DNA of 64,000 nucleotides from Guillardia theta CCMP2712. Its lineage: Eukaryota > Protista > Cryptophyta. The notes under the pieces are model-generated. The model searched no databases, was not told the DNA's origin, and saw only the letters and a program-made list of their open reading frames with translations. Location of the stretch: assembly GCF_000315625.1 (NCBI RefSeq), contig NW_005434659.1:280494-344493 (forward strand), read 5' to 3'. Below, piece after piece: positions 35,516 through 49,021 of the stretch (the stretch's first letter is position 1; each line of letters opens with the position of its first letter). The translations under genes were made by a program, and so were the position numbers.

Positions 35516-38500
35516 CCGTGCTGGCACAGTTCTCAAGGAACGAGCCGCAAGATGGCCAAGGGAACATGATCTCGCATTTGCACTGAGTGCGCCTATCGTC
35601 CTACTGGTTGCTCAAAATGCTCCTTGTAGAGCGTTATCACTCGGTGGAGATAAGGGTTGAACGAAACAGACAGAGACGAGTTCTGATAGCGAAGAATGCA
35701 ATCTTTGCTACGCTGAGCATTGTCCTTGTTGCATCATTCGCGCTCTGGGACGGACGCCATGGAAGCACCGATCGTTCCTTGCTCGCTCCAGTCTTGGAGA
35801 GATCGGATGGTTATCTTGGTAAGCTGGATCCTGGGATCATTGCGAACATGAACCTCTCTGTTGACCCCTGCGACAACTTCTACGAGTATGCCTGCGGGAG
35901 TTGGATAGCGTCGGCCAAAGTGCCCACTGACCAGAGCGAGCTGCTGTTGAGCTGGGACGAGACACAGGATAGGGTTGACCTTGAAGTGAGGAAGTTGATG
36001 GAGCAGCAAGCGCCCGAGGACTCTCCCATGGAGAGCGTGAACAAGTGGTACAAGTCATGCATGGACGAGGAGAGCATCGAAGAGGCTGGGGCCTCGCCCC
36101 TCAAGATCTTTCTGGACGAGATCGACGCCGTTGAGACGGAGGAGCAGCTTCATTCCATCATCGCTCGTTTCATCAACACGGGGATCTTCATCTTCATCAA
36201 CTGGCGGGTCGAGCCCTACGTTCTAGATCGCGGCTCGTACGCTATCATACTCGACCTTCCTAACTTCATGCTGCCCAGCCTGTCCTACTACCTTGACGCG
36301 AACGAGGCGGGCATGCGAGAGGTCCTCCGGACCTTTTTGATCGATACCGCGATCCTTGCAGGCTACCCTCGAGCAGAAGCTGAGAACTCAGCTGAAGAGA
36401 GCATCTCGATCGAGCAGGAGCTGGCTGGCTGGATCGCTCAGGAGAACGATGCCATGCCGCAAGCAGGCCCAATGGCGGTGAACATGAGCACCCTGGTGGA
36501 GAGGTACCCGGGGATCCCTTGGCGGGCCATCTTGACGAGGCTGACGGATCACTGCGAGACCGTTGGCTTCGACTGCCTGCAGTCGGTCAAGAGAGACGCT
36601 GACAAGTTCCTCTTCATCGACCTCTCGTACCTCGAGCGCTTGTCCTTCGCCCTCCACACTCGACCTGCAAGGAGCTGGATCCCCCTCCTGCGTCACTCCC
36701 TCATCCACTGGGCAGCTCCTTTCCTCGACTCGAGGTTCAGGAACGCAGAGTTTCAGCTGAGGAGGGGGCTGACGGCTGGCTTCCTCCCTCAACCGCGGTG
36801 GAAGTTCTGCATCCAGAGGACCGGCGAGGCGCTTCCGTCCATGACAGACATGATGTTTGTGAGCAAGTTCTTCACGCCGCAGGACAGCAAGGTGGGAGGA
36901 GAGGTCATCAGACGCCTGAAGACCTCCTTCATCCATCGCCTGCAGAACGCGAACTGGCTGGACGACCCCACGAGGAGGAGAGCGCTCAGCAAGGCCGAGA
37001 GCATGGCTCTTAACATCGGGGCTCCTAATAACTACATGTTCCTCCGCCAGCCAGTCTCTTCCAGCTTCTTCAACAACAGGTCCCCCTCCTCCCCCTCCCC
37101 TTTTTCCTTGTCTTCCCCAGCAGCCGTTGACTTGCTGCCCCTTCGTCCTCCTCCTCCTCCTCCTCCTCCTCCTCCTCCTCCTCCTCCTCCTCCTCCTCCT
37201 CCTCCTCCTCCTCCTCCTCCTCCTCAACCGTGACCATGACAGTAGCTCGCAGCTTGAAGGCGGGCTCTCTGAACTTCCTTGAGAAGCTCAGCCTCGTGGA
37301 CGTCAAAGTTGACAGGTCGCTCTGGAAGCTCCCAGCAGACACTGTCAACGCCTGGTATGACGGAGCAGTCAATGCCATCTTCATTCCCGCCGGTTCGCCC
37401 CTCCCTCCCTGCCTGTCACTCGGTCCTGACATCCTCTCGTCCCTCCTCTCTTGCTTCATGTTGGTCTCTCCTGCTCCTCCTCGCCCCCTTCTGCTCTCCT
37501 CCTCTCCCCTCCTCCCTTTCTCTCGCAACAGGGATTATGCAGCCTCCTTTCTTCGACAGGAGCAAGCTTGCAGCGCAGAACTTCGGAGGGATCGGGACAG
37601 TCGTCGGGCACGGTGACGATTAACCACGAAGTTGTCAGCACCTTTTGACACTAGCATGAAGAGATTACCCACGGTTTTGACACCAAGGGGTCGCTGGTGA
37701 CCTGCAGCCTTGACAGTTTGACTTTTTTTTTCTGACCGTTGAGCCCTGCAGCTGAACGAGAACGGAGAGCCGGAGTCCTGGTGAGGGTTGAAAGGTGCTC
37801 GCCGCTCAGTATCTGACTGGTCAAACGCTTTTTTTCCAGGTGGACCGCGGAGACCAGGAAGAGGTCTGAAACTGTGCTCGAGCAGCTGGGCTTGTGACCC
37901 AGCGGGCAGGTTCCAGGAGAGACTGAGCTGCATCGAGGAGCTCTACGACAGGTTTCGGATAGCAGGTGGGACCATGGAAGAGGGAGGGGAATCTTGACTT
38001 GTGGGCGGTGAATTCTTGAGAGTTGAGAGATTCAAAGTGGACCAAGAAGAAGCTCTCTTCTCTTCTCTGTTCTCCCCTTCCTCTGCTTTTCTCTCTTCCC
38101 CCCCCCCCATCCCTGTCTTCATCTCTTCCACTCTGCCTCTCTCCCTTCCTCTCCTCTCTCCTCTCTCCTCTCTCCTCGTTGCTCTGCTGTTCTCTCCTCT
38201 CATCTTTGGCGGTTGTCCATTGTCGTCAACTTGACTAGCTGCTGTCCAGGTGTCCCGGTGGACGGGATCAACACAGCAGCTGAAAACGTTGCTGACATGG
38301 GGGGCGTGGCGGTCAGCTGCACGCCCAGCTGTTGTTGATATTGACACGTCCAGCCAGGTGTCTCTTCAGGCCTTCCGCGAGTGGCACAGGTGCATGCTCT
38401 AGAGCTCGAGCTGGAGGCTCTCTCGATGCTTTCCTCATGCTGTTCTGGCAGGGAGAAGCTCAAGTCTGAAGCTTCTCAAGGGATGGTGCAGGTCTTCTTC

Positions 38501-39053
38501 CTCTCCTACGCACAGGTGCACGTTCTCTTGTTCCCTCTCTTCACTCTCCTCTCCTTCCCTTGCTCCTTGTCCTCCTTCTGGGTTTCCTGCCCACTGTCCT
38601 CCTCGTCCTCTCTCTCGTCCTCGTCCTCGTCCCCAATGTCCTCCTCGTCCTGACCGCCTTCAACTCAGTTGTGGTGCGAGAAGCAGCGATCGGCCATCAC
38701 GGAGAGATTTCTCGTTTCACGGGTCCTACCCATCACTGATTCTTTCCTCCCTCCCATCCTCTTCGTCCCTCCTCCTCCCTCCTCCTCTTTCCTCTTGCTT
38801 CCCTCCCCTGCTCTGCACTGCCTGTGCTTCCCTCGGTTTCCCACATCCCTCCTTCCCCCCTCGCCCTCGTTCCCCTCTCCTCCCCGCTTCCTCGCTCCTG
38901 CGTCTCACTTTTGATTCTATCTAGGACCCTCATGCTCCGAAACCTTTCCGGGTCAATGCAGTTGTTTCTCAGAACCCTTCGTTTGCAGAATCTTTCAGGT
39001 CCTCCTCATCCTCCTCTATTCCTCCTTCTGTCATCTCCTCCTGACCTCTCTGC

Positions 39054-39089
<36 letters not shown>

Positions 39090-39184
39090 ACTCCTGCTCC
39101 TGCTCCTGCTCATCTTCTGAAGTCCACTGCAGTTGCCCTGCAGGTTCACCCATGAACCCTCATCAGAAATGTAAATTGTGGTAG
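35516..39184 (+). CDS. M13 family zinc metallopeptidase (neprilysin / endothelin-converting enzyme-like), type II membrane; multi-exon
   Basis: MNLSVDPCDNFYEYACGSW, VNAWY, NAIFIPAGIMQPPFF, NFGGIGTVVGHE|ITHGFD (HExxH across an intron), ENVADMGG, FFLSYAQ|LWC, DPHAPKPFRVN, CPAGSPMNPHQKCKLW*. Start not resolved. Confidence 0.92.
37147..37225 (+). repeat. (CCT)n microsatellite in a neprilysin intron
   Basis: Read directly; lies between a donor at ~37080 and an acceptor at ~37243. Confidence 0.9.
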
Positions 39185-39404
39185 TCAAGCCTAGTGTCCC
39201 TCACTCTCCTCCTCCTCCTTTCTTGCCCCGCTCTTACTTCCCCCCCCTTTTCTTTCCCTTTGCTAGTTCCCTCTCTCCCCCATCCCTCCCCTCTCTCTCC
39301 CCCCTCCCTCCCCTCTCTTCGCTGTTCACTTCTCCTCTCCTCCACCTCCTTTCCTCTGACCTTCTCTATGTACAATAAACAATAACTTGGAGAAACTTGG
39401 TACG

Positions 39405-42060
39405 TCAGCTGTCGAAGTGAAACTGCAGCTGCTCCTGACCAGCCTTCCTCCTCTTCTCGTTCCAACACCTCAGCGCCTCCTGCACCGCAGACTCTTCAGG
39501 CAGAGCATGGGGAGCAGAAGCTGACATCCGGAGGTAGGGGAAGGAGGAACAGAGAAGAAGGGGGGGGAGGGCGGATGGAGTTTATGGGAAGGAGAGGGAG
39601 GGAGGGAGGGAGAGGGAGGGAGGGAGGGAGGGAGGGAGGGATAAGGAGGGAGGGAGGGACAAGGAGAAGGGAGGGAGGGAAGNNNNNNNNNNNNNNNNNN
39701 NNNNNNNNNNNNNNNNNNNNNNNNNNNNNNNNNNNNNNNNNNNNNNNNNNNNNNNNNNNNNNNNNNNNNNNNNNNNNNNNNNGAGGATGCCAGGAAGAGG
39801 AGGAGGAGGTGGTGGTGGTGGTGGAGGAGGAGGATGCAGGAAGAGGAGGAGGAGGAGGAGGAGGAGGAGGAGGAGGAGGAGGAGGAGGATGCAGGAGGAG
39901 AAGGATTTCGAGGCCGAGGAGACGATTGCGAGGTGGAATCGAGTTGCAGACAAGAATGGACTATGTGAGGACGGGGGGCAGTAATGGGAGAGGAGGGAGA
40001 TGCGAATTACCTCCTTGTCGTCAGGGTTTCCCTTGTCGTCGTCGATGGTGATGTCTTCATCTCCAGCTGAGATGTTCTCCATCGTCGCGAGGTTACATCT
40101 TGACAGAATCTTGTTCTTCACTGTCGCCACCCAACATCAATGAAACTTCCCACGACCACCAAACGCCATCCTGCCCTTCCTCCTCCTCCCCTCTCCTCCT
40201 CCTTCCCTTTCCCCCCAACATTCCCATCTTCTCCGTCATCATTCCATCACTACCTCCAACCTCCCCTCCTCTCTCTCCCTCTCTCTCTCTCTCACCTTGC
40301 TCCATGATGCCATCCCGGAAACTCCTGATGAACGAGCCGTCTGCCTTGTCTCTCATCGCGAGTTCGATCCTGTTCATCGCTGTCAGAGCTCAACAGGAAA
40401 AGACTTGTCGTCGACTTCTGTTCCAGCAGGCTGATGTTCCGCTCGATGCTAAGCAACCGCCGGTGCGGCCAACGTTGCAGGCCTGGAAGAAGGTAAGCCC
40501 CTTCCTAGCCCCCTTCCTCCTGCTCCTACTGCTCCTACTGCTCCTACTGCTCCTCCTGCACCCGCTCCTCCTCCTGCTCCTCCTCCCTCTCCTGCCCCTG
40601 CCCCTGCCCGTGCCCGTGCTCGTGCTCGTGCTCGTGCTCCTCCACTTACCGTGGCTGCGGCAAACGCTCTTGATAGCTGAGGGACACATGGAGAGAGAGT
40701 CCGCTGCCTCGCTAATACTTTTATGGAAATGCTGAGGACGAATGAGACCAGGACGAGGAGAAGGAGGCGGGAGAGTGATAGCAGTGGGAGAGGGTAGAGG
40801 GAGGAAGAAGATCAGAATGAACGAAGTGCAGGAAGGGAGGGAGGAAGGGAGGGAGGGAGGGAGGAGGAGGAGAGAGGAGTAGAGTGGAGGAGGGTACAGT
40901 ACCTTTGCAAGCTCTTCATACCACAGCGGGCGGGTCAAGTTCTTAAACTCGGACTGATGTTGTTGAGGGACCGTGACCTGCACCTCGAGTTACTTCCTTC
41001 ATGCCCAACTCTTTCCCTCAACCTCGAGGTACGTCAGCGGCGTGACCGTCTCGATGAAGACTTGGATGGAGGACTACCAAACATCGTGTCAGCCTCCTCT
41101 TCCTCCTCTTCCATTTTCTCCTCCTCCTCCTCCTCTTCTCCCATGCTCTTCCTCTTGTTCCCAAGTGTTAGCAATGTCACACCTTGTCGATGGAAGGGAG
41201 GAACAAGTCGAGGTAAGAAGGACCGAAAGTCTGTCCTGATTCGAAGAACCAGACCTGCGATCCGACCGTCACTTGGTGCTCCTCCTCCTCCTCCTCGTCC
41301 TCCTCCTCCTCCTCCTCCTCCTCCTCCTCCTCCTCCGCCCCTGGGGGGGCGCCGTCACTTGGTGCTCCTCCTCCTCCTCCTCCTCCTCCTCCTCCTCCTC
41401 CTCCTCCTCCTCCTCCCCCATCCTCCTCCATCCTCCCCTTCTCTATCTTTCTCCTTGTGCAATTCTCTCTCCTCTTTATCCTCCTCCTCCTCCTTTTGCA
41501 CTTCTTCCTCCACTGCACTCCTTTTGTTCATCGCTTTCTCCTCTCCTCTTCCTACCTGACTAGCTTCAGTTTTCTCTCTGCTACCTGATCTTCTACATCA
41601 TGGGCGTCTCTTCCGGCCCTTTCTGGGCTAATCGAACTCAGAAGGTAATTTCCTCCCGCCCCGCCCTCTTCCTCTTCCTCCTCCTCTTCCTTCTCCTCTA
41701 TCCTCCCCGTCTATTCTGCCTCTCCTGCTCTATCCTCCCCGTGTATTCTCCTCCTCCTCCTCTTCTCTCACCCCTCACTCAGGTTGGTGCCATCCCTTCA
41801 CTCCGGAGAGCCTTCGTCATGTACGGCATCGGCTGTGCCCTCCTTCCTACTCCTTCCCGGTGGCATACTCGGTATATCTCCTCTCTCCTCCTCCTCCTCC
41901 TCCTCCTCCTCCTCCTCCTCCTCCTCCTCCTCCTGCTTATCATCATCATCATCTTCTTCTTCTCCTTCTTCTCCTTCTCCTTCTTCTTCTCTTCTCCTTC
42001 TTCTCCCGTCGTGTTCTGACCAACTGTCATAACAGCCTCCTCCTCCCCTGGCTGCATCCT
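39405..42060 (-). CDS. RWP-RK domain transcription factor; multi-exon with SSR-filled introns, ends uncertain
   Basis: Spliced exons at 40440-40960 give LWYEELAK|HFHKSISEAADSLSMCPSAIKSVCRSH|GLQRWPHRRLLSIERNISLLE. Confidence 0.8.
39683..39782. other. Assembly gap (100 N)
   Basis: Run of N flanked by SSRs. Confidence 0.99.
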
Positions 42061-42110
42061 TCCTGACGACCCCCGAGGCTAAAGTTTTTCTCTTCGCGCT
42101 ATGCTACATC

Positions 42111-42210
42111 NNNNNNNNNNNNNNNNNNNNNNNNNNNNNNNNNNNNNNNNNNNNNNNNNNNNNNNNNNNNNNNNNNNNNNNNNNNNNNNNNNNNNNNNNN
42201 NNNNNNNNNN
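42111..42210. other. Assembly gap (100 N)
   Basis: Run of N. Confidence 0.99.
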
Positions 42211-42328
42211 CAGATGAGTGGAGTGGAGAAGAACGGAAAGGAGGGAGGGGTGTGGGGTGTGGGGTGGCGAGATACATGGATGCAACGGCGATGCATGTGC
42301 AGTTCTTTCGTCAAGGGCAAAGGGATGC

Positions 42329-43770
42329 TCATGCCTGATGTCTCGCAATTCTTGAGAAGTTCCCTGCGGAGGACGTCAGGACCCGCCGCAACATCTCCAG
42401 CTCCATCTTCCTCGTGATGGTCCACGATCTCGCTATCAAGTTCTGATCTTCCAGCGCAAACGACGCAAGGAACAAGACCACGAAAACCTGCAGACTGTAT
42501 GAGACGTGGGAACAACCTTCTTTCCACAAGGTACAGACCTGATTTGTTGTGGACTCGTAGATCGGAATGGCAACACATCCCCTCAGTCCAGCCTGACAGG
42601 CGTCATGACATTCATCTCTCTTGAGCAAACGATGTTTGTCTACCTTCTCGGCTAATTCTGCCCGCAGAAAGACGGTCGGAGGAAGCTTCGTTACATCACT
42701 GACAAATCATTCCAGTCAAAGTCATGATCATTCCATCAACTCCAGCTCCTTCACCATCTTGGCCTCCATCCCCCTCCTCCTCTTCCTCTCCCCGCCGCCC
42801 CCAGGGCATCCAAACCTGTGCATCTGCAGCTGTCGCGTCCTCCAACATCTTCCCGGGACCCCCTGCCCGTGTCTTCAGGAGAGCAAGAGCATGGCAGGAC
42901 ATTCTCATACCACATTAGGGGGGAAGTTAAGATCCAGGCTGTATCTGCCGGGGAAACATTCAGGAGGATGAGGAGAGGAGGGGGAACACCAGCCTGTGAA
43001 ACATCTCCGCCTCGTCATTGCTGGTCGGATGATCAGCGATGCAGGTAGCAGAAGAGACAAGGTATACCCATGCCAAGAGGCCCCACTCTGTATCAGGCAC
43101 TTCCCATCCTCCCTAGGTACAAGGGCCTCTGCAAGGCAGAAACCGCATGTCTGCGACACCTCCTTCATGATGTAGCCGATCTGATGCCAGCTAGTCAACG
43201 TTTGCCATGCTCGAATGAATCATCACCAATCCTAGACTGACGTTTCTCTGAGGGTTCATGCAAGGCAGCTTCGGCTTTCTTTGCTTCTCGCTAACCGCCA
43301 TTCCTTGGGTTGCGTCAGCTATGAAAGATAGGAAATGTTGGCAACAAGGGATAATACCACAGTGGGTCTCTCGAAAATACACATACAAACGATTGATCAC
43401 GCTGCTACAAAGCAAATCACACATCGCAACGTTCACATTAACAAACGATTTGTTCATCCAAACGGCACTTAAAAGCGGAGAAGTTATAGCAGGAGAATAG
43501 ATGAATCACATGATGACACAGAGAGGAGAAGCAGTGCAGCTGAGAGGCCGAGCAAAGTGCAAGTTAAGGCATGCAAGAGGGGTCACATGGAATCAATGAA
43601 AGCGTGAGCATCACGCGGGGATCAGCATGCGAAGGGAAGAAGATGAGCGGGATAGAAGGAGACCGATGTGAAAGACGAGGAGCAAACGAATAGAGGAGGA
43701 GAAGTCTGTGGTGAAAGGGCGGCGAAGGGAACCAGGAGCATGGTGCCATTCACTCACTTAGCGCCGCCAT
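42329..43770 (-). CDS. Possible Cys-rich membrane protein; multi-exon
   Basis: Exon-like pieces CGFCLAEALVPREDGKCL, PPECFPGRYSLD and CHDACQAGLRGC...VCTLWKEGC (PAN/apple-like Cys spacing), then hydrophobic LQVFVVLFLASFAL. Confidence 0.4.
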
Positions 43771-45414
43771 GGTCGGAGGATCCCAGGAAAGGCTCCAAGT
43801 TCCTCCTTTGATCACAACACGTCGTTTCGATATTACAGCAAGGCGCATCAGGGGGTGGAAGGACGGGAGGGGGTAGGGGTAACCACCTCAAGTCAAAACT
43901 CTAAGGGGGTGGATTTTGAAGAGAATGGGTGGGTACTTTTGCTTTGGATTACTATGGTGAGGGTACTTGTCCCTTACAATGAACGGGTGATAGGTGGAAA
44001 GTAGTTCAGATTTGACCATTGGGTGGGTAGGCAGATGCCATGGTGGGGTAGTAATGATGAGGTTCGCGAAAGGATGCCTTTTTCACTTGCATTCGAAAGG
44101 AATAGATGTGGTTACCACGGGGGTGGGTGGTAATTGTGGGGCATCGCATGGAGATAGCACGGGTACCTGCCCTGGGTCGAAAGGGGTTATTAGATACCGT
44201 CGTGTGAAAAGGGTGGGTAGTCTGAATCACAGCCACTAGGGGTGCCCGCAACAGGATTTGAAGGGGGTGAGAAGGGGGGGTAGTCTAAAACAAAAGAGCC
44301 AGCGACGTGAGCACAAAAAAGACGGCGGTCATGGCGTAGGGGAAGAAAGATGGACAAGATGAGCGACGAAAGGCTTCTCGCAGACAGCAGGATGAAGAAT
44401 AGCTCTGAGACGAAATGAAGTCACTTATCATCAGTGCGGCATGCCAACAGCTGCGTTGGGTCGCCAGATATGAGAGGATGCTGTTGGCTGGGTAGGGTGT
44501 TCAGGATGTGAACCAACTTGTCCCGGATGGGGGGATCCGGAATGACTTTTGCTTCGACCTGAGATGTTTGATTCTTCATTGCCCTTCTGAGAATATTTGT
44601 TCAACGGTACAGCAAGTTCATCAAATTTTCAAGTTTCAGTTCGTTGATCGATGAAGTGAAGGCTACAAGTGAACATAACCAAGAGCGACTCAAGATCCAG
44701 CCGATGGTGTTGCGTACCTTTGCGTTCTGTCAGACTGCCACTTTAACATAAAGTTGCATACACTAATTATCGTTGGATCAAACACGGTTCCCTTCATGAC
44801 AAGAGTCATACATACAAAGTGTGATTCTTCAACTTCGACACACACATCTAACATGACGTTGTACCCTCGCTGCAGCGGCCTTGCCGAACAAACTGTGTTT
44901 TCATCCATCGTAAGTTGCGTAAATGAAAATCGTTGTCTTCGTCCTTTGTCAGTCGAGTAAATGCAACTTGGAAAGCCCAACAGTGCCCCCGGAACCGTCA
45001 CTCATGTCAAAGGTGGTTGTGAACTTGTGGGGTCAGCTGCCATCGTTGCCAGCCCATGTGCCATGACTATGCCTTGGTCGCACAACACAGCGTACATTCC
45101 TGTCTGTGCAGTTGAGCCCAGCTGCCTCTCAGCAGCTGTAGCCATGATGCCAGCCTACTACTTAACTACTACCGCCCTGACCGCATCCGGATATTTTTAC
45201 CGGACAATGTCCGGCGAAACTTCGGAATTACCCGGCGGGCCGCCCTGATGCGCAATCACTTTGAAAGGAGCCTTCGGATGCCACTACCGGTGCGAGCAAT
45301 GAAGGGGAGGGGAAGGGAGGGGAGGGGAGGGGAGGGGAGGGGAGGGAGAGGGAGGGAGAGGAAGACTTCACATTGAAGGGCCGAGCAAGGCAAGGGAAGG
45401 GGACTGAGTGGAAA

Positions 45415-48400
45415 ATGGCAGCCTGGCAGAAGGGAGGCGAGGTCGGAGTCGGGAGAGGAAAGAAGAGAAGAGCAGGGCAGAGGGGAGGCGTGAAGGGGCG
45501 AGTGAGCCTAACACCAGGCATTACAAGGGTAGGAAGGGACGCCATGCCCAAGTTTGCTTTCTCGTTCTTGATGCTGCCGTTGCATCTTCATTCAATCTGA
45601 AACACTGAAGCAGATGACATAAACCACACGTCTTCTCGACGGGGTTGACATGTGTTGATGCAAAAATGAAATTCAGCTACAGCTCTGACCGCTCTGATCA
45701 TCACGACACAATTCTTTCCAGCAAGGCGCAGGAGCTCTGCAGGCAAGGTTTGCAGGAGGAGAGGCGAGGGAACTGCGAGCGAGCGGAAGAATACTACCGT
45801 CTTGCGTTGATCGCAGATGAGAATCACGCAGGTCTCGTCGAGATGTGCTTGTCGGTGGTGATTGACTCTTGTTGCTGCATGCAGATACTCTCGCAGCTTA
45901 CGGACATTTCTTGCAAACATACACATCCGATTATGACAGGGCTGAAAGCTTGTACAAACGATCTCTCAGTGTAAACCCGACTCATCTCGACACTTTGCAG
46001 AACTATGCTGTTTTCCTTGAGAATGTTCGAGGAGATATGCAAAGAGCAGAGAAGTTGTATAACATTGCGCTGACGATGACGGCGTGGTGTGATGATGTTT
46101 CGGTAGAGGCGAGGCATTCTTTGGATCGGTCTGCTCAGGATGGCGCATACGAACCTGAACGAAAGGCTCCGAGCACGAGCATGAAGGAGAGGAGACTGAA
46201 GAAGTATCAACCTTCATCGACAGCTTTTGACTTGTTGGGTACAGAGATGGTCTCCAGCCCCAACATCGAGCGACAACCTTCTGGAAAGCAGATCGATGCG
46301 GAGAGGAGATTCCTGGATGGTTCAGCGACATTCATGGACGATCGTCGGTTCGCCTCCTCCCGGCACAACAAGAGGCACACGCATGACATGCACGAAAAGC
46401 CCTGGGAGGGACCTCTCGATAACCCCCATGGCACCCCCTCGACTGCAGGCAGGACCGTCAAGAAAGTTGAACACCATGCCGTAGCAAGTTTCTTCTACTT
46501 CGGGACACCTCGCAGCCAGCTGGTGCAGAGCAAAGCGTTCCATCAAAGTCTGTACGCCTCTTTTGAAGGCCTCTTGAGACTGACGAGCTCGCGGCGTCTA
46601 TCTCGGGAGAGTCTGTTTGATACGTTGGAGAAGTGTGGCATCTTTGCAAACAGAGAGTCACCAACGGAAGATCTTCTCCAATTGTTTCAGAGGAGTTCAA
46701 AGAAGAACAAGCAGATTCATGAAAGTGACCTGTTCCCTGCTTTCTCTGAACTTGTTTTGGACATGATGTCGATTCAGAATTCTTCACAGAAACGTGAAAC
46801 CCGGGGAGATCTGACTGAAACTTTGGAGGCACAACCTGAAATTCAGTCCAATACACGTAATTTTGCACTGGATTGGTTGAGACAAGTGAAGGAAATACGG
46901 AAAGAAGAAACAGATGTCGCAATATCTAATGAAACTGCGGCAGATTCAACACAACCCAACTTTGACCGACAGATCCAGTATAATGATCAACGAGGCGTCC
47001 AAGATGACAGTTTGCATCTGAGTCGCATAGGAAAGGCTTACGATGGAGAAGATGACTCTTTCGACCCAGCTGCCGACATGGCGAGGAAACCAATGGGGGA
47101 TCGTTTGCCAAGGGCATGGAAAGTTGAGATAGATAAACATCATGTAAATGGAGACAGCATCCCTGAATCGAAGAGAATTGAAAGCTTGTCACGTTCCAAG
47201 GGTTCAAACTCGCAAGCCGTCTCTAGCATCATGCCAGAAGAACGATTTGACAAGGAATCCTTGTATCACCCTACCAACTCTTTCTTCTCAGACATGAAGA
47301 ACCCCCCGGTCAGGATCGCAGAGGCCTCCAAGTTCTCGCTCCTGATCCCCAACGAGAAGATATCTGCGCATCACCCGCACCAAGACAAGGATCCTTCCTC
47401 GTCCTCGCACGAGCTCGGCAGCCGCCTACGTAGCAGCCAGAGGAGGACCACAGGAGAGGAGACAGATAGATCCAACGAGTCAGAGGTCAGAGACAAGACG
47501 GCAAGTTTGCTGCAGAGACTGAGAGATAGGTTTGGAACCACCGCCCAGCTCTTCCAATACTTCAAGACCCGCCAAGTTGACCAGGGCTCGCAAGCTGGGA
47601 ATGTGATTGGGAGAGTTACTTCCAAGGCATCACAAGGGTCCACGAGCATAACGTTTGAAGAGTTCAAAGCTACAGCAGAGAGCTTGGGTGAGGTTTCGAG
47701 GTTGAAGTTTGCAGCTTGCTGAGACTTTGCAGGTATGAACTTCACTGCTCGGGAGATCGAGGATATGTTCTTGAGCCTCGCAGTGTCAATCACCTCCAAC
47801 ATCCCCTACAAGAGCCTGGTGGAAGCCGTCAGGTCCTGTACAAGCAGCAGGTCGCGAGACTTCGGTCAAGGGAAGAGGTTTGAAAGGGACAGTCACAAGA
47901 TTCGGACCGAGCTCAAATGCTCTTTCATGACATCCTTGCACGCCTTCGTCTTCTTCGACATCCGCGGCAGGGACTTCCTGAGCAAGAAGGACCTGGCGCT
48001 CGGCCTGAAGCGGCTGAAGATCAAGGAGCAAATCAATCTCGAAGCAGCTTTCGAGGAGACTGACTTGGATCACGACGGTAAGATCAACTACAAGGAATTC
48101 ATCAAGCACTTTGCTGCGGGCTGGCACCCTGTCGAGGATTTCGAGGCTGTTCAGAGGGAGTACGAGAAGCTCAAGCGTGAGAGCAGGAGGAGGTGGATGA
48201 CCAACGACATTCCTACTGAGTCCTCCCCTCCTAAGAAGAGCTCTCGCCCCCGCTCTGCTCCGCCAGCCTCTCAGGTCTCGCAGAAGGACTCTGCTCGCAG
48301 AACTCTCAACTTCGATGGCTCTGCTGTATACGCGGGAACAAGTCTGAATGAAAACTTCAGCAGCGACACTGAGTCAGACGAAGAACCTTCGGACGGGAAG

Positions 48401-48772
48401 GCAAGGGAGCCGCCACACGAAACCAAGCATAACCACCGAGCTCGAGAGCATGCAGGTTCAGAGTTGCCGTCCAAGTCTCAAGCGGCTGAAAGGGAGGAAG
48501 ACGGCAGCAAGACATCAAACTTAAGTGAAGCAGAGCAGCTCGACCCACGCAGACTTGCGAATCTTCGGCTGCTCGAAGCCAAGAAGAAGAAGGAGGTCTC
48601 CATGCTACAAGAGCAAGAGGAGCTGATTCGTCAGCGACAGGAGATGCTGGAACAAAAACGAGTGAGGAGGCTGATGTTGGACCGCGAGCGCTTGGAACGA
48701 GCAAAACTAATCAAGCGAAAGGACGGGGAGAACTCCGAATCTGCTCTGAGGCTTTTCAGCAGGTTCGACTGA
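45415..48772 (+). CDS. TPR-repeat and EF-hand domain protein; multi-exon
   Basis: TPRs: AEEYYRLALIADENHADTLAAYGHFL...AESLYKRSLSVNPTHLDTLQNYAVFL. EF-hand: DLDHDGKINYKE. C-terminal coiled coil. Start tentative. Confidence 0.78.
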
Positions 48773-49021
48773 TTGACGGCAGGCAGAGTCCGCCAGATCA
48801 CTCGTAGTTTCATCTTCTCCTCATTAAGAAAACAACATAACAGATCAGACAAAACACCTGTAAATGCTCGCAAGTTCAATAAAATTCAAGTCGCTTTCAA
48901 ATGTTCTAAAACCATTCAACCCGCTTCTCACACCCTCCCTCAGGCGTCAGGACAAAAGAACTCTTCCACCGCATTCCTCCAGCTACATTACAAACCATTT
49001 CCCCATAATTCCTCCGCCTGC

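Noticed and set aside
37080-37233. Poly-Pro end of the neprilysin ORF, and the poly-L/R/S/G ORFs at 38-42 kb
   Set aside because: Translations of intronic (CCT)n tracts.
44430-45090. Minus-strand ORF fragments (103 aa and a downstream piece)
   Set aside because: No coherent gene model or homology recognised.
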